Part shown: positions 56,861 to 64,000 of the stretch, piece after piece | How positions within the stretch are numbered: position 1 is the first letter of the stretch | Layout of the letters: each line of letters starts with the position of its first letter | Origin: Cyanobacteria bacterium auto_48_18 | Lineage (GTDB): Bacteria > Cyanobacteriota > Vampirovibrionia > Obscuribacterales > Obscuribacteraceae | Direction: 5' to 3' | DNA length: 64,000 bases | Assembly: GCA_036170915.1 (NCBI GenBank) | Contig: JAVHQC010000035.1 | Span: 96,001-160,000, forward strand | The notes under the pieces: generated by a model | The model's input: only the letters and a program-made list of their open reading frames with translations | Told to the model about the DNA's origin: nothing | The model's database searches: none | Position numbers and translations under genes: made by a program

Positions 56861-57909
56861 GGCCCTGCACCACTCTCAATTTTCAATGCACTGCCGTAGG
56901 CTTCCACGGGCACAGGACGTAAATCCCAGACAATACCAATTTTTTCCATCACTCTCAAAATATAATAGGTGACGTCAATTTCCCACCAGTAAAAGCCCTG
57001 ACGGACCGCCCCGGGAAAGCGATGATGATTGTTGTGCCAGCCTTCTCCTAAAGTAATCAGGGCCAGGAAGAAATTATTTTTACTGTGATCGTCAGTATGA
57101 TAGCGCTCGCTGCCAAACATATGGGTAAGAGAATTGATGGTGGCAGTGCCATGAAAAAGCAAAACCGTGCTGACGAAAAATCCCCACACAAGTAACTGTA
57201 GCGCGCTGGTTTGCAACTGTGGAAAATACTGCTCTAAAACAAAACCAGTAAGCAATAAGCTTATACCGAGCATTGTGGGCACAATCCAGTCAAAACGATT
57301 GAGCAACACCAGTTCTGGAAACTTAGTCAGATCGGAAATACTCTCATAATCGGTGGGCATATTAGCATCAGCTGTGATCCAGGCAATATGAGACCAGATA
57401 AATCCGCTGATGGTAGGTGAATGCAAATCACCAACTTTGTCTGAAAGGCGGTGATGATTGCGGTGATGGGCAGCCCACCAGAGCGGCCCCCGCTGGGCAG
57501 ACGAACTGGCCATAATCGCGAAGACAAATTGAGCAACACGACTGGTCTTATAGGTGCGATGAGCAAAATAGCGATGATAAAATGCCGTTACCGCGAACAT
57601 TCTCACCCAGTAGAGTGTCACCGTGACCAACAGGGCAAGCGGCGAGAAGCCTACCACTAGAATCCCAAGAGCACCAAGGTGGAGAAACACGAAAGGCAAC
57701 CATCTGCTGGCTCGCGATACTTTCGGCAGGGCTCTAACCTGCTCGGCCCCTGCTGGGAAGTAATCTGAGTCTAACCAGCGCCAGATTCCGGTCAGGTTTG
57801 GCTTCTGTGGGTTTAATTCGCGCGAGAACAATTTTTCCACCATTTGGTCAGCATGGCAGCATAGCAGCGTTTTTCCCCATAAATCTAGATTACATATTCT
57901 TGATGACAA
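56857..57909 (-). CDS. Delta-9-type acyl-CoA/acyl-lipid desaturase
   Basis: His boxes YHRYFAH, HHRNHH, WHNNHH; start could be ATG 57843. Confidence 0.9.
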   Translation of the reverse strand: MSSRICNLDLWGKTLLCCHADQMVEKLFSRELNPQKPNLTGIWRWLDSDYFPAGAEQVRALPKVSRASRWLPFVFLHLGALGILVVGFSPLALLVTVTLYWVRMFAVTAFYHRYFAHRTYKTSRVAQFVFAIMASSSAQRGPLWWAAHHRNHHRLSDKVGDLHSPTISGFIWSHIAWITADANMPTDYESISDLTKFPELVLLNRFDWIVPTMLGISLLLTGFVLEQYFPQLQTSALQLLVWGFFVSTVLLFHGTATINSLTHMFGSERYHTDDHSKNNFFLALITLGEGWHNNHHRFPGAVRQGFYWWEIDVTYYILRVMEKIGIVWDLRPVPVEAYGSALKIESGAGP

Positions 57910-59060
57910 ACGCTTATGCCGTGCAACAAAACGTCATCACCAATGAGGTCGGCCGCCAGTATTCTCCAATTGACTGTATTCTCGATTAGTCGTTTTTGCT
58001 TAGAAGAAACAACCCTTGAGGCTTCTTCATCAACCAGCATTTTTGGCGCCACGATCCAGTAAAGCTCATCCACAAACCCGTGATTGATTAGTGAGCCGGC
58101 GAGCTTACCGCCACCTTCACAAAGAATTTTCTGAGCCCCCTGATTAAGCAAATATTCTAAGCAAAAAGGCAAATCGATCAGCCCGTCGGCGTCTTGTGGT
58201 GACGCCACCAGTTTGCAATTTTTGGGGTACAGGGTTTGTTTGGTTAGTTCACCGCTCAGAGTAAAAATAATCACATCACCCTGAGGGGAAAAAATCTTTG
58301 CCGAAGGATTGATTTGGCATTTAGCGTCAATTACTGCTCGCAGAGGATTTCGGCATGGCCGAGAGGCATTACTTATCTCGCGAACATCCAGGGCCGGATC
58401 ATCAAGGCGAGCAGTGTTGGCACCAACAAGCACACAGTCAAAGCTGTCACGCAAATTCATGACAAAATTTCTCGCGGCTACACCGCTAACATAGCGACTG
58501 CGGCCTTCGCGATCGGCAATGCTACCGTCTAGTGTCATTGCCATCTTCAAAGCCACCCAGGGCATTTTCTCTTTCTGTGCCTTAAAAAATCCGCGATTAA
58601 GATAAAGCGATTGCGCAGCCAGAACGCCGCAGATCACATCAATGCCGGCGGCCTTAAGCTCGGCAATACCGCCACCTGCCACTTTGATATTAGAATCTTC
58701 CGTGCCGATTACTACTCGGGCAACACCACTTTCAATCACCCTTTTTGAACACGGTGGAGTACGGCCCGTGTGGCAACAGGGCTCCAGATTAACGTAAAGC
58801 GTTCCGCCCAGGCTTGCACTGCCGGCTTGATTCAAGGCATTGACTTCGGCATGTGGCTGACCAGCCTTACGATGATAACCTTCACCAACCACAGCACCAT
58901 CTTTGTTTAAAACCACAGCACCGACCACAGGGTTTGGGCTGGTGCGTCCTTCGGCTTGCCGAGCCAATTCCAGGCAGCGGCGCATGTAACGCTGGTCGAG
59001 CGAGTCTGCTTCTACAGGTAAATTCGACGAGCTATCCAAAAAACACTTCAGCGACACCAT
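57885..59060 (-). CDS. ribD: Riboflavin biosynthesis deaminase/reductase
   Basis: TSPNPVVGAV, PHAE, LEPCCH.GRTPPC, K.A.TLDG, CEGGG.LAG. Confidence 0.95.
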   Translation of the reverse strand: MVSLKCFLDSSSNLPVEADSLDQRYMRRCLELARQAEGRTSPNPVVGAVVLNKDGAVVGEGYHRKAGQPHAEVNALNQAGSASLGGTLYVNLEPCCHTGRTPPCSKRVIESGVARVVIGTEDSNIKVAGGGIAELKAAGIDVICGVLAAQSLYLNRGFFKAQKEKMPWVALKMAMTLDGSIADREGRSRYVSGVAARNFVMNLRDSFDCVLVGANTARLDDPALDVREISNASRPCRNPLRAVIDAKCQINPSAKIFSPQGDVIIFTLSGELTKQTLYPKNCKLVASPQDADGLIDLPFCLEYLLNQGAQKILCEGGGKLAGSLINHGFVDELYWIVAPKMLVDEEASRVVSSKQKRLIENTVNWRILAADLIGDDVLLHGISVCHQEYVI

Positions 59061-60078
59061 AAAGCTCCATATCTAGAGTCTTTAAGGTGCCTGTCGCCTC
59101 CTCAATGGCAACATCAGTTAATTTGCTGCCCGCTAGTGAGACCATTCGTCCATACTTTTTCTCATTAACCAGCTGGGCAGCCTTGACGCCAAAGCGTGTA
59201 GCCAGAACACGATCAAAGGCTGTGGGAGAGCCGCCCCTTTGAATATGCCCAAGAATCGTGGCGCGAGTTTCAAAACCGGTTTGACTCTCAATGAGTTTGG
59301 CCAGTCGATCGCCAATACCTCCTAGGCGCTTATGCCCGAATGCATCGACTTGCTCTGCGGCTTCACCGGCTTCTACGCCGTCTCCCTCGCCATCAGAAAA
59401 CTTTGCCCCTTCGGCTACTACTACAATGGAATAGTCGCGACCCCGGGAGTGCCTTGTTTTAATCGCCTGCACCACTTTTTGTGCTTCGATTGGTTTTTCT
59501 GGAACAAGAATAAAATCTGCACCGCCAGCGATACCACCATAGCAAGCCAGCCAACCTGCGTCACGTCCCATCACCTCGCACACATGCACACGGTTATGGG
59601 CTTCAGCAGTAGTGTGCAAGCGGTCCAGCGCTTCAGCGACAATATTAACTGCAGTATCAAAGCCAAAAGTAAAATCGGTAGCGTTCAAATCGTTGTCGAT
59701 GGTTTTTGGCACACAAACTACATTGAGATTATGTTCCTTGTAGAGTCTGTTGGCCACGCCGCATGTATCATCGCCGCCCACCGCAATCAAAGCGTCAAGC
59801 CTGTTCTTCTGCATATTGTCCAAAATTCTTTCCGGACCACGGTCGACTTTAAAGGGGTTAGTGCGCGATGTGCGCAAAATCGTTCCACCCCTGTGAATCA
59901 AGCCGCCTGTAGACTGCATGGTCAAAGGCATGACCATATTCTCGAGAGGGCCGCGCCATCCTTCAAGAAAACCGATTACTTCAGAACTATATTCTTTGAC
60001 GCTAGTGCGAACCACCGCACGAATTACAGCGTTAAGACCAGGGCAATCGCCGCCGCCTGTGAGAATTCCAATGCGCAT
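59032..60078 (-). CDS. 6-phosphofructokinase, PfkA family (PPi-type signature)
   Basis: LTGGGDCPGLN, GGTIL.TSR, GGDD, PKTIDND, EVMGR, LGHIQRGG. Confidence 0.93.
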   Translation of the reverse strand: MRIGILTGGGDCPGLNAVIRAVVRTSVKEYSSEVIGFLEGWRGPLENMVMPLTMQSTGGLIHRGGTILRTSRTNPFKVDRGPERILDNMQKNRLDALIAVGGDDTCGVANRLYKEHNLNVVCVPKTIDNDLNATDFTFGFDTAVNIVAEALDRLHTTAEAHNRVHVCEVMGRDAGWLACYGGIAGGADFILVPEKPIEAQKVVQAIKTRHSRGRDYSIVVVAEGAKFSDGEGDGVEAGEAAEQVDAFGHKRLGGIGDRLAKLIESQTGFETRATILGHIQRGGSPTAFDRVLATRFGVKAAQLVNEKKYGRMVSLAGSKLTDVAIEEATGTLKTLDMELYGVAEVFFG

Positions 60079-60269
60079 TTTGCCACCTTTGTCGCAGCCA
60101 ACTTAACCGCCCCACATGCCAAGCAGACACAGTGGGCGCCGGGCAATCAGTATACTGACCGGACAAAATCTTTTCGTGCGGGCCGCCGAACACTTAAGAA
60201 TCATAAAGTTCCAGGGCTTTTTGGCTGACTTGGCTTACATTTATAATTCACCAAAAGAGGACTAGCACC

Positions 60270-61412
60270 TTGAATCTCTACGAATACGAAGCCAAGCGAA
60301 TCTTTGCCGAAGGCGGCATTCCGGTTCCGCCAGCCCAGCGCATCACCAAGCCGGAAGAGCTGGCCAAAATCCATTTCGGTTATCCCCTCACTTTAAAGTG
60401 TCAGGTCTTGACAGGTGGGCGCGGAAAAGCAGGCGGCATCAAATTCCCTAAAGATTTGAAAGAAGGTATGGCCCTTGCCAAGGACATGCTCAAGCTTGCT
60501 ATTAAAGATTCAAAAACAGAGAGTCTTCTGGTTGAGCCACGCATGAATATTGCCCGGGAGCTCTATCTGGCTGTAACCCTTGATCGTGACCGCGGTTGTC
60601 CAATTTTCATCGCTTCAGCTGAAGGCGGCATTGAAATCGAATCATCCGCTAATGTTTTGACTGAGCCAATTCCTCATGTCTATCAGCCTTACATCGGCCG
60701 CAACCTGGCCGCAAAACTTGGCCTTAAAGGCAGCGAGTTAAATAAAGTTGCTGACATCGCCAACAAGCTCTACAAAATTTTCGAATCAAAAGACCTTGAC
60801 CTGGCCGAAATAAATCCGCTGGTAATTAGCGAAGGTGGAGATGTAGTCGCCCTCGACGGCAAGATCATCATCAATGACGATTCGGTTAATCGTCAGCCGC
60901 AATTCCGTGGTTGGGAAGAAGCACACTTGTGCGACCTTTCACCTAGAGAGCGTGAAGCGAAAATGACCGGCCTCAATTTGGTTGAATTGGACGGCAATAT
61001 CGGCATACTCTGCAATGGTGCCGGATTGACCATGGCTACCATGGACATGGTCAAAGCCTTCGGTGGACAACCAGGCAACTTCCTTGACGCCGGCGGCGGA
61101 TCAGACCAGAAGAAAACTCTGGCTGCTCTGGAACTGGTAAACGACAATCCTAACGTCGACGTTATTCTGCTCAACATCTTAGGTGGCATCACCGCTTGTG
61201 ATGAAGTAGCCGGAGCCCTAGTCGAATTCATGAAAAAGTATCCTGAGCGCGCCATGGTAGTTAGACTACGCGGCAACAATCAAGATATTGCCGAAAAAAT
61301 GTTGGCCGCGTCCGGCCTCAAACTTTATCCCGATTTGGAAGAAGCTGTTAAAGAAGCGGTCAGTCGCTCTAAGAATTCTGCCAAAAAACCAGTTGCCGCC
61401 GGCAAAGCCTAA
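60270..61412 (+). CDS. sucC: Succinyl-CoA ligase (ADP-forming) beta subunit
   Basis: NLYEYEAK, GGRGKAGG, AEINPL, NGAGL.MATMD, NFLD.GGG, VVRLRG.N. Confidence 0.92.
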   Translation: MNLYEYEAKRIFAEGGIPVPPAQRITKPEELAKIHFGYPLTLKCQVLTGGRGKAGGIKFPKDLKEGMALAKDMLKLAIKDSKTESLLVEPRMNIARELYLAVTLDRDRGCPIFIASAEGGIEIESSANVLTEPIPHVYQPYIGRNLAAKLGLKGSELNKVADIANKLYKIFESKDLDLAEINPLVISEGGDVVALDGKIIINDDSVNRQPQFRGWEEAHLCDLSPREREAKMTGLNLVELDGNIGILCNGAGLTMATMDMVKAFGGQPGNFLDAGGGSDQKKTLAALELVNDNPNVDVILLNILGGITACDEVAGALVEFMKKYPERAMVVRLRGNNQDIAEKMLAASGLKLYPDLEEAVKEAVSRSKNSAKKPVAAGKA

Positions 61413-61424
61413 AAGGAGATTGAC

Positions 61425-62306
61425 GTGATACTTGTCGATAAACATACAAAAGTAATTGTCCAGGGCATAACTGGAAAAATGGGTGCTGCCCACACAAAAC
61501 GCATGATCGAATATGGCACTAATATCGTTGGTGGTGTCACACCCGGAAAGGGTGGCGAGAAAATGCATGACGTGCCTGTATTCGATACAGTCAAACAAGC
61601 TGTAGAGAAAACAGAAGCCACTTGCTCTGTAATTTTTGTGCCACCATACCTGGCTCTCGATGCCGGATGCGAAGCCCTCGACGCCGGCATTACACTGCTG
61701 GTATTGATTACAGAAGGCATTCCACCACTCGACACCGCTAAGTTGGTTGCTCAAGTCAAAGCCAAAGGAGCCAAACTAATTGGTCCAAATTGCCCTGGTA
61801 TCATTACACCAGGTCAATCACTTATTGGTATTCTCCCTGGTTCGATTTTCAAATCAGGACCGGTAGGCATGGTGAGCAAAAGCGGCACCCTGACCTATGA
61901 AATTGCCCTAGCTCTGACTGAAAGTGGCCTAGGTCAATCGACATGCATCGGCACCGGCGGCGACCCCATCAAGGGGCTCGACTACCAGGAGCTGCTTTCC
62001 ATGTTCGAACATGACCCTGCCACAGAAGTGATCGTAATGATTGGTGAAATTGGCGGCAGCGCTGAAGAAGAAGCGGCAGCCTACATCAAGAAAAACATCA
62101 AAAAGCCTGTGATTGGTTTCATCGCCGGTCAAACAGCACCTCCCGGAAAACGCATGGGTCATGCTGGTGCCATTATTTCTGGTGGCAAAGGTACAGCCGA
62201 ATCGAAACTGGAAGCCTTCAAAGCTAACGGCGTAAGAGTAGCAATGACGCCATCTGAAGTGGCCAAGCAAGTAGCAGAAGCGCTGAAGCAACCAGCTAAA
62301 GCCTGA
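61425..62306 (+). CDS. sucD: Succinyl-CoA ligase alpha subunit
   Basis: [37 protein letters not shown] (phospho-His). Confidence 0.95.
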   Translation: MILVDKHTKVIVQGITGKMGAAHTKRMIEYGTNIVGGVTPGKGGEKMHDVPVFDTVKQAVEKTEATCSVIFVPPYLALDAGCEALDAGITLLVLITEGIPPLDTAKLVAQVKAKGAKLIGPNCPGIITPGQSLIGILPGSIFKSGPVGMVSKSGTLTYEIALALTESGLGQSTCIGTGGDPIKGLDYQELLSMFEHDPATEVIVMIGEIGGSAEEEAAAYIKKNIKKPVIGFIAGQTAPPGKRMGHAGAIISGGKGTAESKLEAFKANGVRVAMTPSEVAKQVAEALKQPAKA

Positions 62307-62331
62307 CCTGTAACGGAACAATCAAGAGAGA

Positions 62332-62358
62332 AAAAGCCGGTCGGCATGACCGGCTTTT
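62332..62358. terminator. Bidirectional Rho-independent terminator
   Basis: AAAAGCCGGTC-GGCAT-GACCGGCTTTT between convergent sucD and the monooxygenase gene. Confidence 0.85.
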
Positions 62359-62381
62359 CTTTGCCAATTACATATGGTAAA

Positions 62382-64000
62382 TCAGCGTTTCAAAATTTCA
62401 CTGAGATAATTTTCCAGATCAGCGGCCACCGCCGGCTGCGAGCGGAATCCAATATAACCATCTGGTCGCACCAGATAGAGGCACTCGGAAGTGGCACCAT
62501 AGGCGCGATGCAGCTCTTTTGTTGAATCAAATAATACTGAAGTATATTTATTGAAAGTAGTGTAATTAGCTTGATATTCAGGAGCATTTTGAGTGTACGG
62601 AACAATCACATGCACGTCGACTAAACCAAAAAACTTTCCCTGCATCATTTTCTCAATTGCTAAAAATTGTTCGTAACCCTTGATACTCGCTTCAAATCCG
62701 TCAAAAAGCAGCAACTGAAAATTAGGAGAAGCCATTTGCAGTGCCAACCTGGTCTCTCCGTGCCTGGTCTGGCACTCTCTGTCCACTACACGATCACCGG
62801 CCATGGGTGCTCTGGCAAAGTCAATCCAGGAAAGCATAGTAGGAGTTTCGCCGGAAGTGGCAGGATCACTAGCAGCACCAGATCTGCTATTTAAATTGAG
62901 ATGTAAGTTGTGTTCCAGAAGGTCTCCCAAACTGGCATGCGACTCACTTGAAATAGGGCTCTTACGATAGCTGATGCCGGTCAGGCTGCCAGCTTTTAAA
63001 ATGCGCTGCTGCACAATCTCTTGTGATGCTAAAAACCCCATAAGCGTATTGCGTACACCTTTAGCCACAGGGCTTCTTAAGGTCACGGCCTTAGTGGCAA
63101 AATCTGTTCCTTCTAAAACAGCCTGGCCAACAGCGTGACGTTCAAGGTTATAACTATCAAGAAGAAAATCACCCGCCTGCCCTTTAACTACAAGAGCCAA
63201 TTTCCACGATAAATTTGCGGCATCCTGCATGCCTGTATTCATGCCCACACCACCTACAGGGCTATGAATATGGGCTGAATCGCCAGCGAGAAAAACGCGA
63301 CCTTTGCGATACGAAGTAACACAGCGGCGGTTGATTTTAAACCAGGCCATCCATCTTGGATCTGAAATGGTAAAGCTGGTGCCGTCGCTGCCTTGTGGAG
63401 CACGCCTTTTAACCAGAGCCAAGACTTCTTCAAATATAAGCGGCCGTCGCTCTTCATTCTCGCCCAGCGGAGGCATGTCAAAAATTAGCCTGTAGCGACT
63501 GTTGCCAAAGGGAAAGCAGGCCAGAAGACCATCTTCAGATAAATAGACGTAACCCTCATCTTCAGCCATTTTCAAAGTGCCCGGGTTTAACTCTACATCG
63601 GCAGCGCCAAAACTCTCGTCATAAGAGACACCTGTAAAACGTAAATCGAGCCCATGCCGAACGGCACTGTGAGCACCGTCGCAGCCAACCAGATATTTCG
63701 CTTTGATTATCTCAGTTTTGATGCTGCCATCATCGGCAGTGCTAGCGATGGAGGCTGAAACAACTTCTGACTCTTCCACAAACGATATCAGCTCTTTGCT
63801 GCGCTCGATGGTCGCACCAGCTTTGGTCAGGTGCTCAGCAAGTATATGTTCAGTTTTATCTTGAGGAATAGTAAGAGCAAATTTGAAGTATGAATCGATT
63901 TCATCAAGACTCAAATGCACAATGCGCTTGTCATCAGCAAAAATATTACTGCCGCGCAAGGCCAGACCAGCTTTGAGAAAAGGATCAACCATTTTGAGAT
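62382..64000 (-). CDS. FAD-dependent monooxygenase (aromatic hydroxylase type), 5' end outside the window
   Basis: YLVGCDGAHSAVR, RVFLAGDSAHIHSP.GG.GMNTGMQDA, C-terminal LVRPDGYI. The frame stays open to the window end and the GxGxxG motif is absent, so the gene is partial. Confidence 0.9.
   Translation of the reverse strand, partial: LKMVDPFLKAGLALRGSNIFADDKRIVHLSLDEIDSYFKFALTIPQDKTEHILAEHLTKAGATIERSKELISFVEESEVVSASIASTADDGSIKTEIIKAKYLVGCDGAHSAVRHGLDLRFTGVSYDESFGAADVELNPGTLKMAEDEGYVYLSEDGLLACFPFGNSRYRLIFDMPPLGENEERRPLIFEEVLALVKRRAPQGSDGTSFTISDPRWMAWFKINRRCVTSYRKGRVFLAGDSAHIHSPVGGVGMNTGMQDAANLSWKLALVVKGQAGDFLLDSYNLERHAVGQAVLEGTDFATKAVTLRSPVAKGVRNTLMGFLASQEIVQQRILKAGSLTGISYRKSPISSESHASLGDLLEHNLHLNLNSRSGAASDPATSGETPTMLSWIDFARAPMAGDRVVDRECQTRHGETRLALQMASPNFQLLLFDGFEASIKGYEQFLAIEKMMQGKFFGLVDVHVIVPYTQNAPEYQANYTTFNKYTSVLFDSTKELHRAYGATSECLYLVRPDGYIGFRSQPAVAADLENYLSEILKR

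Noticed and set aside
59332..60228. 298-aa + strand ORF
   Set aside because: Lies antisense to the well-supported PFK gene and has no recognisable motif; shadow ORF.
1..64000. rRNA, tRNA, IS elements, integrases, prophage
   Set aside because: No cloverleaf or rRNA-like segments and no transposase, integrase or phage structural motifs recognised by eye; a tRNAscan/Rfam run would be needed to exclude small RNAs.

Overview
A 64 kb, gene-dense chromosomal window with no rRNA, tRNA, CRISPR array, transposase or phage gene that I could see. MetK and a SigG-like ECF sigma factor look cyanobacterial, but no photosynthesis genes are present, so my best guess (inference) is a non-photosynthetic Cyanobacteria relative (Melainabacteria/Vampirovibrionia, possibly Obscuribacterales). 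Housekeeping genes (folK, acpS, trpS, argS, mgtE, pepA, rpiB, metK, nagZ, ribD, PFK, sucCD) are mixed with unusual signalling genes. The strongest candidate for an undescribed system is a divergent ECF sigma-like gene (20832-21410) followed by a 1547-aa protein. That protein has a zinc-less anti-sigma-like N-terminus, a Trp-studded Pro/Ala/Gly low-complexity region with three classes of repeated motif, and a C-terminal Roadblock/LC7 (MglB-like) domain. Three DUF4388/PatA-N proteins in the window each carry a probable c-di-GMP-related module (MshEN, degenerate MshEN, or catalytically dead GGDEF with an intact RxxD site). Other notable items: a triple-ZAS anti-sigma factor, a UfaM/UfaD/UfaO-like lipid-modification cluster interrupted by sua5 and followed by a heme oxygenase, an orphan MazF/PemK toxin, a kinase-like effector candidate, an unannotated 36-aa very basic ORF before trpS, and structured leaders upstream of metK and the divergent sigma. 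All domain calls are by eye from motifs; no database searches were run.
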